Origin: Lama guanicoe
Lineage: Eukaryota
Length of the DNA: 64,000 bases
NCBI GenBank assembly: GCA_013239625.1
Contig: MU056050.1
Coordinates: forward strand, 1,598,084 to 1,662,083
Reading direction: 5' to 3'
Shown: positions 63,914-64,000 of the stretch, piece by piece
Layout: every line of letters starts with the position of its first letter
Numbering within the stretch: the first letter of the stretch is position 1
The notes under the pieces: generated by a model
Told to the model about the DNA's origin: nothing
Database searches by the model: none
The model's input: the letters and a program-made list of their open reading frames with translations, nothing else
Made by a program: the position numbers and the translations under genes

Positions 63914-64000
63914 TACATACCACATCTTCTTTATCCAGTCATCTGTTGATGGACATTTAGGTTGTTTCCATGTCTTGGCTATTGTAAATAGTGCTGGTGC
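63410..64000 (-). mobile_element. Young L1 3' end (continues past the window edge), containing a (CA)n tract at about 63872-63910
   Basis: Reverse complement of the L1 tail (tgaagtatagtcagtttacaa...ccctgtgctatacag); ORF 63728-63925 has MPFAATWMDLE. Confidence 0.95.

Noticed and set aside
1..64000. CRISPR arrays, rRNA/tRNA genes, prokaryotic operons or defence systems
   Set aside because: No repeat-spacer periodicity or RNA-gene signatures seen; the sequence is clearly mammalian and repeat-rich.

Overview
AT-rich eutherian mammalian genomic DNA. The L1 3' ends look cetartiodactyl, possibly camelid; this is an inference. No intact protein-coding gene, RNA gene or CRISPR array is supported. More than half of the window is interspersed repeat: many L1 copies of different ages (almost all on the + strand), a near full-length Tigger1, MER44/MER3/MER5 DNA elements, a solo ERV1-type LTR, an MLT1 LTR, and MIR/L2 fragments. 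There is one 176-N assembly gap (52844-53019). The main unexpected signal is in the non-repeat DNA between about 7.7 kb and 45.3 kb. About 27 candidate exons on the - strand are bounded by canonical or singly mutated splice sites and join in phase into long protein-like frames (over 1,100 codons) interrupted mostly by TGA stops. This is most simply read as a large decayed, unprocessed (possibly unitary) pseudogene whose family I cannot name. Also notable are two ORF1-only (HAL1-like) L1 elements lacking almost all of ORF2, a tail-less antisense L1 endonuclease fragment flanked by a 14-bp TSD, and a 15-kb nested transposon stack splitting one L2. All exon and repeat calls were made by eye; repeat family names come from remembered consensus similarity and need RepeatMasker/Dfam confirmation.
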